Positions 26,355 to 36,795 of a stretch of 64,000 nucleotides of DNA are shown here, piece after piece (the stretch's first letter is position 1; each line of letters begins with the position of its first letter). The stretch lies in the IMG/VR virus record IMGVR_UViG_3300047160_009708. One strand, given 5' to 3'. The notes beneath the pieces are model-generated. The model worked only from the letters and a program-made list of their open reading frames with translations, was not told where the DNA came from and made no database searches. The position numbers and the translations under genes were made by a program. Origin of the DNA: an uncultured virus (IMG/VR IMGVR_UViG_3300047160_009708). Lineage: Duplodnaviria > Heunggongvirae > Uroviricota > Caudoviricetes.

Positions 26355-27110
26355 TCAGTAGCCCAAAACGATGGTTTGCGTGCGAGCAGGACCGAACATG
26401 GGCGTGAGTGGACTCGGAACGGACAGCGCTTCGAGCAGCCAGTCGTCGGTGAAGCCGATGTCGCCCGTGCCGGTGATCGTGGCGCGAATACCCGACTTGC
26501 CGGCGCCGCCGATTGAACTGTCGGAGGCTGTGATGCAATTCTGTTGGGTCGTCTGCCAATTGCCGGTCGAGTCGAGCCACTTGGCGTCGCTGGGACGCTG
26601 CACGTTGACCGCGAGCGCTGTTCCGTTGCAAATCAATTGCAGGTAGTACCACGTCGCCGGCGCGATGTTGATGCCACTTACTGACGTGCTCAGTGGCGTG
26701 TACGTGCCATTGAACCGCTTCTGAAGAAAGACGCCGGGCGTCGTCGAGCCGGTGACCTCGATGTCGGCCTGGTACCACGTTCCATTGCCTGCTGTGTTCG
26801 TGATGTTGGTCATGCGCCCGAGCACGCCCCAGCGATATTGCGCGCTCGGAGTCGGGAACTTGAACGCGGCCTTAACCTGGATCACGCCATTATTGGTGTC
26901 GTTCGTGTTCCATACCGCGTTCATCATGTTCGGATTGAGTGTGCTAATCGTGACCTGAACCGCCTGTATTCCCGAGTTGACATTGGTATTTTCAATTGTA
27001 TAAACACCATTACCCTCAACCCACCCGTCGATGCCATTGATGCCGCCGCCCACGGTGTTAAAACCGTTCACTGCCTCCCATCCCTCGCTCTTGATCACTG
27101 AGGATGGCAT
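26355..27110 (-). CDS. Lectin/concanavalin-like virion protein, paralogous to the N-terminus of 27111-29678
   Basis: Shared pattern LGR...TWYQ / TYYQ, QR.D.K.WL.S.G.W, DSS, DD(W/F)L and a terminal (I/L)GY. Confidence 0.7.
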   Translation of the reverse strand: MPSSVIKSEGWEAVNGFNTVGGGINGIDGWVEGNGVYTIENTNVNSGIQAVQVTISTLNPNMMNAVWNTNDTNNGVIQVKAAFKFPTPSAQYRWGVLGRMTNITNTAGNGTWYQADIEVTGSTTPGVFLQKRFNGTYTPLSTSVSGINIAPATWYYLQLICNGTALAVNVQRPSDAKWLDSTGNWQTTQQNCITASDSSIGGAGKSGIRATITGTGDIGFTDDWLLEALSVPSPLTPMFGPARTQTIVLGY

Positions 27111-29678
27111 TTAGTATCCAATCGCGACCGCCACCGCGTTCAGAGGTGGGTACGTCATATTGACGATCGATGATGGTAGTGACTGCGCTGGCACATCCAG
27201 CCACGCGTAGCTGATAAATGCCAGCGCCAGTTCGCCCTGGATGTTGTTGCCGTCGCCGTGTTCCGACCAACTGACGAGCGTACCGTCGGCCATCAGTCCA
27301 ATGTTGGAATTACCGGCGCCGCCCGTCGCGTATTTACTGCCACCCGGCGTGCTGTTCGTGGTCGGCGATGTGGCCGCGCTCCAGGTATTGCCGCTGTCGG
27401 TCGAGTATGTGAACGTGAAATCCTGCCGCGAGCCCGCCGTGTTATTGTTGTAGCTCTGCACGAGCAGTCCCTTGCCAGCCCCGGCGGGCGTGATTCCCAT
27501 GCTTATTAGGCCGACGGCCGTCTGCGCATTGTTGACCACGACCGTAGGTGAATAGACACTCCAGGTTACGCCGCGATCTGTTGATTTATAGAGCAAGATG
27601 GTGCTGCCGCCCGTGTTGGGACGGACCGCCGCCATGACCGAACCGTCCGCCAGTTCGGCCAGTGACGCGTCGGTGGCGCCGCCGCTAGACGACGCCTTGA
27701 TAATACCGCCTTGGAACCAGCTCGTACCATCGTCGGTGTAGAACGACGAGATCCCCGCCGTGGAGTTGCCAGTGCCAACCCCGAAGCCAAGCACGCCGAT
27801 GATGCGACCGGTCGAATGGTAAATGAGCCCGTTGCCCGACCCGGTTTGCAGTGAGCCCCACGTCCCCGTTTTGACCGCGACCGTGATGTTGGTCGGACCC
27901 GACCACGAGACGCCCTCGTTGTCGCTCGTGATCACCCAGATCGTGCCCGTGTTGCCACTCGTGCCCGCGACCGCGTTGGTGATGTTGAACGTCGGCGTGT
28001 AGCGTACGTAGACGCCCATGATGCGGCCGTAAGGACCAGTGCCCACACGCGGCATCCAGATGAAATTCATGTTCATCGCGATCGCCGCCGCGCCCTGCCA
28101 TTCATTGATCAGCGAGGTCGCGTTGCTACCGTCATTGAGAAGAATCGCCGGGTTGTCAATGAGCCACGCATTATCGTTTGGGATGAGCGTGATCATGACG
28201 TCGCGATTCGAGGTCGTCGTCGCCGTTAGCCGAGCCTCCCAGGCGATCACCGTGTAGTTAGCTGTAACCACGCACGCGGGTACGCGGTAAACGTTGTAAC
28301 CCGTGGCAACCGTACGCCCGAATTCGAGCGTGCGTGGTGAGTACGACGCCTGGAATCCCCACATGCGAGCGCCGGTCGTCGGTGTGTCGGCGCCGCTGGC
28401 GCGAAAGCCAACGAATCCCGTGTTCTTGATTGTGCCGTCGGTTGTCACCGCTGTTGCTGTCGTGATGTCCGGACCGGTAATGCTACCGATCACCGTGTTC
28501 GAGCTACCTGGTGTCACAATCCGTCGTGACATCTTGAGCACGTACGTGTTGCCCGGTGTGAGCGGACTGCTCAGATTCGTCGTAATCGTGCCGGTCGTCG
28601 CGCCATTGTTGCGAATGATCAATTCGATGCGCGGCGTACCTGAATTGTAATTGTATCGAAATAGGTACATATTATCTCTGTGCGGATCGCCGACCACGAA
28701 GATCCCCGGCAACGATGTGGTATTGGTCACGATCGTCAGGTTGATCTGGACGTCCTGGTCGTAGCCCGGCTGCACACCATCACTGACTAGCAAGCACATT
28801 CCATTCGTTGACGAACTGTAGACCGTGTTGACCACTGTGCCGCCAATCGATCGGTTATCAATCAGCAACGAGCCGCTAAAGACCGTGGAATGTGGTATCC
28901 ACGGACAGCCCTGGTCGGTCATCGTGTTCAGAACATTGGTGCCGCTGGAGTAGCCGCTGAAGTTCGCGGTTGAAAGCGGCGCGATCTGCCCCACCTGCGC
29001 CCACTCGAATAGAAAGTCATCGACCGCGATCAGGTCGCCAGTGCCCTGAGCGACCTGGAATGCCGGGACGCAGGTACCCGTAACCGAGCTATCGTACAGA
29101 TCGAAGATGGTCGTGAATGGACCAGCAACCCACGTTCCGGCTGAACTTAACCATTGCTTCGTGTCGAACCGCTGCAAACGCACCGTGATGTGGCTGCCGA
29201 CGCAGCGGATGGCCGCGCGCATAAACGTCGCGGTTGGGAATGCCGCGCCGAGTGAGACTGTCGAGCCAAGCTGTGTCGATACACCACTCACGAACGCGAA
29301 TAGTTTCACCGTGCCCGCATTGCAGTCGAAGAGCCCCTGATAGTACGTGTCACTGCCACCGATCTGCACGCAGCGACCGAGGATCGCGAACTGGGGCGCA
29401 GTCGTCGCCGTCACAAACTGAAACACACAGAATTCCTGCATGTCCGCAAACGTGCCGCTAGGCCACACCAGATCGTTGTAGACGCCGACGAGACTGCCTG
29501 TCGTGTCGTTGCTCTGGATTGAGTTGGCGCCCGAGTACGAATTCGCCGCCTTGCAGATCAGCGACCCCGAGTTGGTGTCCCACCAGTTGCGCTTGCTGTT
29601 GATCGGACTATTGACGGTGAACCCACCGGTGGAGGTGTAGTCCCAGTTTTCCGAGATGACATAGGTCGGTGTTAGCAT
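27111..29678 (-). CDS. Tail spike-like protein: two lectin-like domains plus an Asp-box (BNR) sialidase-like beta-propeller
   Basis: YRVPA (FRIP-like), WEAR, Asp-boxes SDNEGVSW, YTDDGTSW, STDRGVTW, STDSGNTW. Confidence 0.8.
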   Translation of the reverse strand: MLTPTYVISENWDYTSTGGFTVNSPINSKRNWWDTNSGSLICKAANSYSGANSIQSNDTTGSLVGVYNDLVWPSGTFADMQEFCVFQFVTATTAPQFAILGRCVQIGGSDTYYQGLFDCNAGTVKLFAFVSGVSTQLGSTVSLGAAFPTATFMRAAIRCVGSHITVRLQRFDTKQWLSSAGTWVAGPFTTIFDLYDSSVTGTCVPAFQVAQGTGDLIAVDDFLFEWAQVGQIAPLSTANFSGYSSGTNVLNTMTDQGCPWIPHSTVFSGSLLIDNRSIGGTVVNTVYSSSTNGMCLLVSDGVQPGYDQDVQINLTIVTNTTSLPGIFVVGDPHRDNMYLFRYNYNSGTPRIELIIRNNGATTGTITTNLSSPLTPGNTYVLKMSRRIVTPGSSNTVIGSITGPDITTATAVTTDGTIKNTGFVGFRASGADTPTTGARMWGFQASYSPRTLEFGRTVATGYNVYRVPACVVTANYTVIAWEARLTATTTSNRDVMITLIPNDNAWLIDNPAILLNDGSNATSLINEWQGAAAIAMNMNFIWMPRVGTGPYGRIMGVYVRYTPTFNITNAVAGTSGNTGTIWVITSDNEGVSWSGPTNITVAVKTGTWGSLQTGSGNGLIYHSTGRIIGVLGFGVGTGNSTAGISSFYTDDGTSWFQGGIIKASSSGGATDASLAELADGSVMAAVRPNTGGSTILLYKSTDRGVTWSVYSPTVVVNNAQTAVGLISMGITPAGAGKGLLVQSYNNNTAGSRQDFTFTYSTDSGNTWSAATSPTTNSTPGGSKYATGGAGNSNIGLMADGTLVSWSEHGDGNNIQGELALAFISYAWLDVPAQSLPSSIVNMTYPPLNAVAVAIGY

Positions 29679-29680
29679 GC

Positions 29681-31708
29681 CTAGTCGAAAAATACTCCAC
29701 TAATGACGATGTTGACCCCGCCGGTGTGCACGACCTGCACGTGCACGTTGCCCTTGACCGTGAAGTTGAGCCAGATGCCAGACTCGAACCGCGCGATCGG
29801 AGCCGTCGCCAGGATCGCGGTTTCGGACCACACGTTGACTGTGCCCGCGCGCTGATTGTGACTGTCCCAATCGACAAAGTAGAGGTCCATCTTGTGCGTG
29901 AAGCCATCCAGCAGCGCGATATCGAGCCGAATCTCGTGGTCGTCGTACCAGACTTTAGCCTGGCCGTCGAGGCAGCGCGGATCGGTGGACGGGAACGAGT
30001 AGGTATAGCCGCGCCCCTTGGTCAAGACGCACGTGATGGCTGGCGTGGTGACCGAGGTCGGCGGCGTGAACCGCGCCGCGCCGCCGTAGACCCCTGTGTA
30101 GGCCCCCCGCGTCGTTGTGTCCTGCGCCACAAATGTTGACTCGGGCGGTACGACCACAAGATCCTGGGTGGGCCACTGGCTGGCGGCGTCGGCCAGCGCG
30201 TTGAACTTGGGCGTGCGGTCGGCGGGCTCGCCGGGATGCTGGAGCACGCCCCACTGCCATTGTGCTGCGTGTTCGATATAGTTGTACCAGACGATGCCGT
30301 CGCAATAAGGACCGATCGTTTGCAGATACGCGTTGGTCCAGCGGTAGGCACGGTCGTGGGTTTGGGTGGCCACCCAGGAGTTGTACCAGGGCGAGCTAGT
30401 GGAGACGGCGATCTGCTGCCCGCCCTCGTAGAAGATGAGCGGGATCGGTCGCGCCAGTTGGGTTTCCCACTTGGCCACGACGTCGGCGTGCTTCTTGCAC
30501 ATCGGGCCGACCGACTTGGCACTGGCGATCATATCATTGAGGATCTGCTCGGTGGTGGTGCTGGCGTTGTAGGGCGCCTGATTGATGCCGAAGTAGGGAG
30601 CACCCGAGGCGACTTCAAACCCCTGATTGGCATCGGCGGGGTCCGCGAGTCGCACCAGTTCAGCGATAATTTTGTCGATATGGGAGGGGTCGGCGACCAT
30701 CGAGGCGACCACGCGCTGAAGCTGGCCGGGCCGGTCGGCGAACACCGCGCGGAAGATATCGAACGTCACCTTCATCAAACGCGCATTCGCTTGATCCCAT
30801 GAGCAACCGTTGGCAATGCGATAGTCTTCGACGTATTGCCAGGTTGGGTGGAATGCGTAACCGGCCTGGTTCCAGGGTTCGTTGGCCCATTCGAGGTACA
30901 ACTTCACGGTCGGCGCCAGTGTATCATGATGCAACTGCGCACATTGGCGGACGTAATCGTCGTCAGCCTTGTAGGGAATATTGAGCCAGAGCGATCGGAA
31001 TGTGGTGTTCGCCAGCGCGATGAGGTGCTCGTAGGCGATGCCCGCGATCGTCGTCTGCGTGTACCAATCGGGTTTGGCGCGCTGGGACCACGCCGTGATC
31101 GGCGGGATGGGCTGGCCGGCGCCGTCGAGTTGGCTGTTGATCCGCAGCGAGTCCATCGGCCGCATGATGGAGAATGGTTTGAGCCCGTCGAGATAGGCGG
31201 CGGTGAAGACGCCGGTTTCGCCGGGCGGCAGGAACCGCATAGCGCGAACGTGGTTATGAGGGTCGGACCGGGTGATCGCAACGTGGATGCCCCACGGTGT
31301 GGGAAGCACGGGAATCACTAGCGTCGTCACGTCGCCCGTCGATGGGAAGGTCAGTACCTTATTGGGCGGCGCGCCTGCGGGCGGCGCCATGTAAATCTGA
31401 ATCTCGCCGCTGCCTTCGAACGTGAACGTGTAGTCGCCCGCTGGATAGTCGCCAGGCCCGCCCACCAGTGTCGAGTGCGTGAGGCCGAGATTGTGCGATT
31501 CGAGGTCGCCCAGGCCGATCGGATACCCCTGCGCATCGTAGGCCGGATAGTTGAGTCCCGGCGGCGGCTGCCAGCCGCCCGGATCGGGATAGCCGCGCGC
31601 GCAGGCGCGCCAGCCGCCGAAGTAGTTGCCAACGTCGGCGAAGATGCGCGACGAGGTGTAGGTCGTGACCGAATTGAGATTGACGCCGATCGTGTGCAGT
31701 TGGCGCAT
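29681..31708 (-). CDS. Glycoside hydrolase-like (TIM-barrel) protein with a C-terminal beta-sandwich
   Basis: MRPMD, AYEHLIALAN, WLNIP..ADDDYV, YLEWANEPWN (acid/base-like) and IFYEGGQ (nucleophile-like). Confidence 0.7.
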   Translation of the reverse strand: MRQLHTIGVNLNSVTTYTSSRIFADVGNYFGGWRACARGYPDPGGWQPPPGLNYPAYDAQGYPIGLGDLESHNLGLTHSTLVGGPGDYPAGDYTFTFEGSGEIQIYMAPPAGAPPNKVLTFPSTGDVTTLVIPVLPTPWGIHVAITRSDPHNHVRAMRFLPPGETGVFTAAYLDGLKPFSIMRPMDSLRINSQLDGAGQPIPPITAWSQRAKPDWYTQTTIAGIAYEHLIALANTTFRSLWLNIPYKADDDYVRQCAQLHHDTLAPTVKLYLEWANEPWNQAGYAFHPTWQYVEDYRIANGCSWDQANARLMKVTFDIFRAVFADRPGQLQRVVASMVADPSHIDKIIAELVRLADPADANQGFEVASGAPYFGINQAPYNASTTTEQILNDMIASAKSVGPMCKKHADVVAKWETQLARPIPLIFYEGGQQIAVSTSSPWYNSWVATQTHDRAYRWTNAYLQTIGPYCDGIVWYNYIEHAAQWQWGVLQHPGEPADRTPKFNALADAASQWPTQDLVVVPPESTFVAQDTTTRGAYTGVYGGAARFTPPTSVTTPAITCVLTKGRGYTYSFPSTDPRCLDGQAKVWYDDHEIRLDIALLDGFTHKMDLYFVDWDSHNQRAGTVNVWSETAILATAPIARFESGIWLNFTVKGNVHVQVVHTGGVNIVISGVFFD

Positions 31709-31792
31709 AACACACTCCCAATCACCGCCCGCGCGCCACGCTCCGAAGACTGGCCGTTTCGGGTACCAGTGGACGCGCGAGCGATGAACGCC

Positions 31793-32392
31793 TTAATTAT
31801 ACGTATCGATATAGATGCCTTGGAGCGTGAACGAGCCCGATCCAGCCGAGAATGCGGCCTGAATGTCGATCGTTTGCGCAATCGTGGTATCGACCTGCTG
31901 GATTGTGCTCTGGACCAGCCCTACCGGCGCGACGCCGACGATTGCCATACCGCCGCCGACAACCGTCGGGGTGGGCGGCGATCCGACTGCGTAGCAGGTA
32001 ATGACGCCTGTAAGCTGCCAGGCCGCCGCGCTGGCGTTCGTGGTCACCGACGAGGACGCGCTCGTACAGAGAGTCAGGGTGTTGAGTTTGATCGCCAAGG
32101 TCATGCTGGTCGTGGCGGCTGCCGTGTAGTAGCCGAACATCGTCAATTCGAGCGACCGGCCCGGCACGAAGAAGTTGGCGGGTAGGACCAGCGAGCCGAC
32201 GGCGCTTGATCCTGGAAAGATCGAGGTCAGTGAGGCGGCGGTGACCGCCGTACCCGCCGACTTGATCGTGAACAGCGTACCCGAGAGCGCCGAAGCCGAC
32301 ACAAACTGCGGTTGCGTCGGACCGGAGGCTGTCGGCGGCACCCCAAATGCCGTCCCCGGCTGCTGAAGGACATCGACCAGAATCGTATTCAT
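31793..32392 (-). CDS. Putative virion structural protein
   Basis: 199 aa, Ser/Thr/Ala-rich, AGGAG RBS. Confidence 0.7.
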   Translation of the reverse strand: MNTILVDVLQQPGTAFGVPPTASGPTQPQFVSASALSGTLFTIKSAGTAVTAASLTSIFPGSSAVGSLVLPANFFVPGRSLELTMFGYYTAAATTSMTLAIKLNTLTLCTSASSSVTTNASAAAWQLTGVITCYAVGSPPTPTVVGGGMAIVGVAPVGLVQSTIQQVDTTIAQTIDIQAAFSAGSGSFTLQGIYIDTYN

Positions 32393-32408
32393 GGTTTCTC
32401 CTATGGAA

Positions 32409-33158
32409 TCAAGAACCCTTGATCAATCCCAGACTAACAAGCGATTGCCGCAGTTCGTTGATTGTGAGCACCGCCTGCGCCAGCGCGTTCTTGATCGCGA
32501 CGATATCCGCCTGCGCGTAGGAGGAGCCCGCCGTGATGGCCGCGAACGTCGTGCTGGCCGTGCCGCCCGTGCTGTCGGTGAGCGCCACCTGGTTGGCGTT
32601 GGTGCGCTGAGTGATCGCCGTCGAACCGTAGAAGGCAAGCTTCTGTGAGATGGCCGTGCCGAACTGCGTGCCGGTCGTCGTGCCTAGCGCAATATTCGCC
32701 GGATCGGACAGCGTGCCGCCCGCGAGCGGCAGGTAGGCCGTCGTCGCCGCCCCGCACGAGATGAACGGAATCCGCGAGTCGGTGATCGACGTGATCGAAC
32801 TGCCACCCGCCACGACCGTGGCCAGCGGCACCATGTTGGTCGAGGCGGGGAATCCTGTTGTGTTAATCGTCAACACACCCGCGTCGGTTAGATAGAGATA
32901 ATTAGTGTTGCTCGCCGTCATGGCCTGCGAGGCTGAGCCTGCGTAAGTCACAATCGTGCCGTCCGACTTGCGGTACGAGCCGCCCGCGATCGCAACATTA
33001 AGCGACGCACTCGGGTGTTCGGTGAAGTTCACCGCCAGCGCGCCGATGGCCTTGATGCCATCGAGCAGATTGAACGTCGTTGAGAACGTGGTAACGTAGT
33101 TGGTGTCGTTGAGATTGGGAACACCGAGACCCGCGTTGGTCGTGTAGGTCGTGCTCAT
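32409..33158 (-). CDS. Putative tail fibre / head fibre protein
   Basis: 249 aa; C-terminal LTDSTGGTA...INELRQSLVSLGLI typical of fibre proteins. Confidence 0.7.
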   Translation of the reverse strand: MSTTYTTNAGLGVPNLNDTNYVTTFSTTFNLLDGIKAIGALAVNFTEHPSASLNVAIAGGSYRKSDGTIVTYAGSASQAMTASNTNYLYLTDAGVLTINTTGFPASTNMVPLATVVAGGSSITSITDSRIPFISCGAATTAYLPLAGGTLSDPANIALGTTTGTQFGTAISQKLAFYGSTAITQRTNANQVALTDSTGGTASTTFAAITAGSSYAQADIVAIKNALAQAVLTINELRQSLVSLGLIKGS

Positions 33159-33174
33159 AGTAAGAGACTCTCAA

Positions 33175-34737
33175 TCAAGGGGAAGTGGGTCCAGTTCCGG
33201 AAGGCCCGCCGCCCGCTGGCAGCACCGGCGAGCCGCCAATCGGCACCACCGGCGAGGTGATCGTCGGCCCCGTGGTGGTCGCGCTCTGATAGACTTGTGC
33301 GTTACTGATCGTGGGCGTTGGCGATGAGGGCAACAGATATCCCAGTGAGCGCATGTTAAACCATTTATCGAACGCGGTCTGGAACAGACCGTTGCCATTG
33401 TTCTGCACAAACACGCCCCAACTGTCGCCATTCATGATGGTCTGCGGCCCGGTGAACAGTGTGCCCGCCGGCCCGCCCGCGTAGAGCATTGTCGGGATCG
33501 TGAATGCCACACCATCGAGAAATAGTTTAGTGCCGCTCGATAGCGCCTTGGACAAACGCATACGGAAGAAAAGCGCCGAGGGCAGAATCGCGGGCGTGCG
33601 GAACGACCCGTTGATCGGCGCGTAGGGCGTACCCACACCGCCACCCCAGGCCGCAATGCCCCACCCGGCTGTGCCCCACGCCCCGGCGCCAACCGGCACG
33701 CCCCAGCCGCCCGAGCCCCAGAGCCCATACCCCCACGCGCCCAAGCCGACTAGCGTTTGGGTCACGACGTTGGCGTTGCCCTGACCGTCAGTCGTGATGT
33801 TGCCCGACCCATCCACGAGCGCGACTTCGAGCATGCCAGCGGCAGGCAGGACATCAATACGCGCGAACAGGTTCCACACGTACCGCGACGTCGGCGCCAG
33901 CGCGAACGGCGTATCGGCCCCGAACTGCTGTTGCAGCGTGGTCAGCGTTTTACTATCGCCAACGAACGCCAGCGCGCCCGCGCCGCCCATGTAGTCGGGA
34001 CTGGTTGTTTGCTGAATCTGCGCGGCGCCGACCGGAGCCTTCCAACTACTCGGCAGGCCCGCGACCCACGTCTCGAAATCGCCGTTATTGATCCACTGCT
34101 GATTGCGCCCCGTCGCTGGCATACTGGCGTTGACCGCCACCACATTGACCCTGCATCCCGAGCCGCCCGCCTGCCAACTCAGCGGATCGTTCTGCTTCGC
34201 CTGACCCGTGAACGTGACCGTTTCCAGGCCAGGTATCGCTCCGGTTTGACTATCCCGTGTCACAACCGCCGCGATCTGCTCTTGAATCATGTTCTCCTCG
34301 ACCGTGCCGGTCGGGTTGCGGTTCGTGAACACGAATGTGGCAATACCCCGATTCGCCGAGCCCGGCACTACCGTGATTGTGACCGTATTGGCTGCGACCG
34401 ACTGATTCGCGTTGCCCATCTGCGCGATGAGTGTAATCAGTGCCGTATTGAACGACTGGTCGGGTTGCACCAGATCGTCGTTGACCATCTGCACCACGGT
34501 CGTTTGCGCGATCTGCTGCATGTAGCTCAGCCACGAGCCCATCGCGATCTGTGCGCTATTTAATTGCTGATATAACTGTTCCACGATATCCTGATCGCTC
34601 GTGGAGTAGTTCGATTCGGTGACCGCCGCGCGCGCGGGCAGCACCGAGGCGCGATATGAATTCTGCACCAGAGTGGACCACCAGAGCCCACCCAGCCGCG
34701 TGAACAGGCCGCCTTGACCGGTCAGAAGTACAGCCAT
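33175..34737 (-). CDS. Tail/baseplate-region structural protein with a carbohydrate-binding-like domain and a WG-repeat insert
   Basis: 520 aa; INNGDFETW motif; GAWGYGLWGSGGWG...AWGTAGWGIAAWGG. Confidence 0.7.
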   Translation of the reverse strand: MAVLLTGQGGLFTRLGGLWWSTLVQNSYRASVLPARAAVTESNYSTSDQDIVEQLYQQLNSAQIAMGSWLSYMQQIAQTTVVQMVNDDLVQPDQSFNTALITLIAQMGNANQSVAANTVTITVVPGSANRGIATFVFTNRNPTGTVEENMIQEQIAAVVTRDSQTGAIPGLETVTFTGQAKQNDPLSWQAGGSGCRVNVVAVNASMPATGRNQQWINNGDFETWVAGLPSSWKAPVGAAQIQQTTSPDYMGGAGALAFVGDSKTLTTLQQQFGADTPFALAPTSRYVWNLFARIDVLPAAGMLEVALVDGSGNITTDGQGNANVVTQTLVGLGAWGYGLWGSGGWGVPVGAGAWGTAGWGIAAWGGGVGTPYAPINGSFRTPAILPSALFFRMRLSKALSSGTKLFLDGVAFTIPTMLYAGGPAGTLFTGPQTIMNGDSWGVFVQNNGNGLFQTAFDKWFNMRSLGYLLPSSPTPTISNAQVYQSATTTGPTITSPVVPIGGSPVLPAGGGPSGTGPTSP

Positions 34738-34740
34738 GAG

Positions 34741-36789
34741 TTAGCCGCCCGCCTCGCCGTTGTCGATCCAGCCGCTCACGAAATTGCTCAGAAAGTTGTC
34801 ATCCCAGCCCACCGTAGTTGTGGGATTCGCGCCCATCGGCAGCTTGTCGCCAGGGTCAATGCCCCTGACAAGCCCGTACTCGTAAACGCCCTCGGCGCGA
34901 TAGACCAAGCTGTCGCCGTCCTCAAGCACGAGCGGGTCCATTGTGCTGATGTAGCAGTCGAGCAGAATCCAGTTGCTATCCGTGACCTGCGGATGCGGGC
35001 AGATCGGTTGCGCGTTGACACGCTCCGAGGTCCAGTAGACCGTGACGCACGTCGTGGGCCCGCAGACTTGAATAAACTCGGGTGGCGCCGCGTTCTGAGT
35101 GGTGAGAAACGACGCTGATGGGTCGGTCGAGCTTGACCCAGAGCCACCCGTGCCTGTCCCGGTGCCGGTCGTGCCGGTGCCCGTGGCGCCAAAGGTCGCC
35201 GGGCCCGGTGTTAGGCTCAATGCTCCCGCCGGTGGGGGTGGACCGCCACCGCCACCACCCGTACCGGTGCCGCCACCGCCGCCGCCCGTGCCCGTGCCAC
35301 CGCTACCACTGCCCAGCGAGGCCGGTCCGGCAACGGGCATCATCGCGACGTGCGGATCAAGATGCCAGTCCATCACGATATTCGCAACCGTGATCATACC
35401 GGACGCGCCCTTGTCGCTGACAATCGAGGGGCCAAACTGCTGGCCCACGTAGAAGTCGCGCGGCGGCGAGCAGATGACGCCCCAGTTCGCGCCCGTCTTG
35501 TTCACGGGAAAACAGTATTGTGACCCCTCGCCGGGCGGGTCGGGTGGCAGACACGCGTCCTTGATCGACTGCGTGAACAGCGGCCCGAAGTAGCTGCCGC
35601 GCGTGCCCAGATCATAGGGCGGATTGGGATTGGTGCCGTCGTCCACGTTGGTCAAAAATGAGATGCCGTCAATCCCCAGCCAGAACGGATTGAGCAGCCC
35701 AAACGCCTTCAGCTTGCGGCCCGTCAATGCCTGAACCATCGCCTCCACATGTAACGACACGACTGGCGCGTGAATCCGTTCCTGCACCGCGATCGAGCGC
35801 ACGGTCGGGAAACCGGCTTTGGATGTCGGGTTCGAGGTCGGATCGGGAATGTGCATGCGCTCGATGGCCATCTGCGCCAAAAACACGAGCAGGTTGGCCT
35901 TCGTGCACTTCATGTGACCCCAGGCCGTGCCCTCGAACACTTCCATGAAGTAGGGCGAGGCGACCATCACCGTGCTGCCCGGCGCCGTCGCCTGCGTGTA
36001 CACCGCCTCGAATCGCGTGACGCCCAGCACGTTGCCGCCACCGAGGTCGCCGAGATTGATCCACTGCTCCTGATCGATCACGCGCCAGGTCAAAATGTGC
36101 CCGGCCGGATTGACCTGCACGCGCGTGCTCAGGCGCCGGAAGTTGAGCGGGCACGGTGGCAAAATCTGATCGAGGAAAAAGTCGGCGGCGAACGGGAAGC
36201 CGTTGATCCGACTGAGGTAGTCGAGCACGTCGCTGCGGAAGACGACAACCCCTTCCATCGTGAGCGTCGTGCGCAAGTGCTCCGCATCGATGTCGCGCGC
36301 GGCCGACCAGCGATTGGTGACGTACGGCGGGAAGGCGAACGGACCGGAGATCAGGTCGCAGTCGGTCAGGTACGTTTCACCACGCCAGCGCACCAGGAAT
36401 GCGCGCGAGCCCGTGACCTGGATCACCGTGCAGTTGATCACCTTGGGCCCGTCCCGGCAATCGGTCCCCGCCTGCACCCCATTGATGAGCGGCGGGCTGG
36501 CGATCACGACCGCGTTGTCACCCCGGTAAATCAGCGACGAGCGCGGCACGCTCAAAAGTTGCTTGAGCGCCGCGAGCGTCATGTCGGCGTAATTGGGATG
36601 AAGTTGGTCATAGGTCACCTGCTCGCCAAACAGATTCACCGCCGTCGCGCCCGGCGCGTACATGCACGTGACGTCGATCTCGTAGCGCATGTAGAGGAAG
36701 TCAACACCGTCATCAGACATCACGGGCGTCATGCTGAAACTATTCGTCTTCAATAGGTTCAGGACGTATCCGTTGTATTCAAAGTACAC
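34741..36789 (-). CDS. Tail tip/hub-region structural protein with a Gly/Thr linker
   Basis: 682 aa, directly after the tape-measure-like gene. Confidence 0.7.
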   Translation of the reverse strand: MYFEYNGYVLNLLKTNSFSMTPVMSDDGVDFLYMRYEIDVTCMYAPGATAVNLFGEQVTYDQLHPNYADMTLAALKQLLSVPRSSLIYRGDNAVVIASPPLINGVQAGTDCRDGPKVINCTVIQVTGSRAFLVRWRGETYLTDCDLISGPFAFPPYVTNRWSAARDIDAEHLRTTLTMEGVVVFRSDVLDYLSRINGFPFAADFFLDQILPPCPLNFRRLSTRVQVNPAGHILTWRVIDQEQWINLGDLGGGNVLGVTRFEAVYTQATAPGSTVMVASPYFMEVFEGTAWGHMKCTKANLLVFLAQMAIERMHIPDPTSNPTSKAGFPTVRSIAVQERIHAPVVSLHVEAMVQALTGRKLKAFGLLNPFWLGIDGISFLTNVDDGTNPNPPYDLGTRGSYFGPLFTQSIKDACLPPDPPGEGSQYCFPVNKTGANWGVICSPPRDFYVGQQFGPSIVSDKGASGMITVANIVMDWHLDPHVAMMPVAGPASLGSGSGGTGTGGGGGGTGTGGGGGGPPPPAGALSLTPGPATFGATGTGTTGTGTGTGGSGSSSTDPSASFLTTQNAAPPEFIQVCGPTTCVTVYWTSERVNAQPICPHPQVTDSNWILLDCYISTMDPLVLEDGDSLVYRAEGVYEYGLVRGIDPGDKLPMGANPTTTVGWDDNFLSNFVSGWIDNGEAGG

Positions 36790-36795
36790 AGGTCA

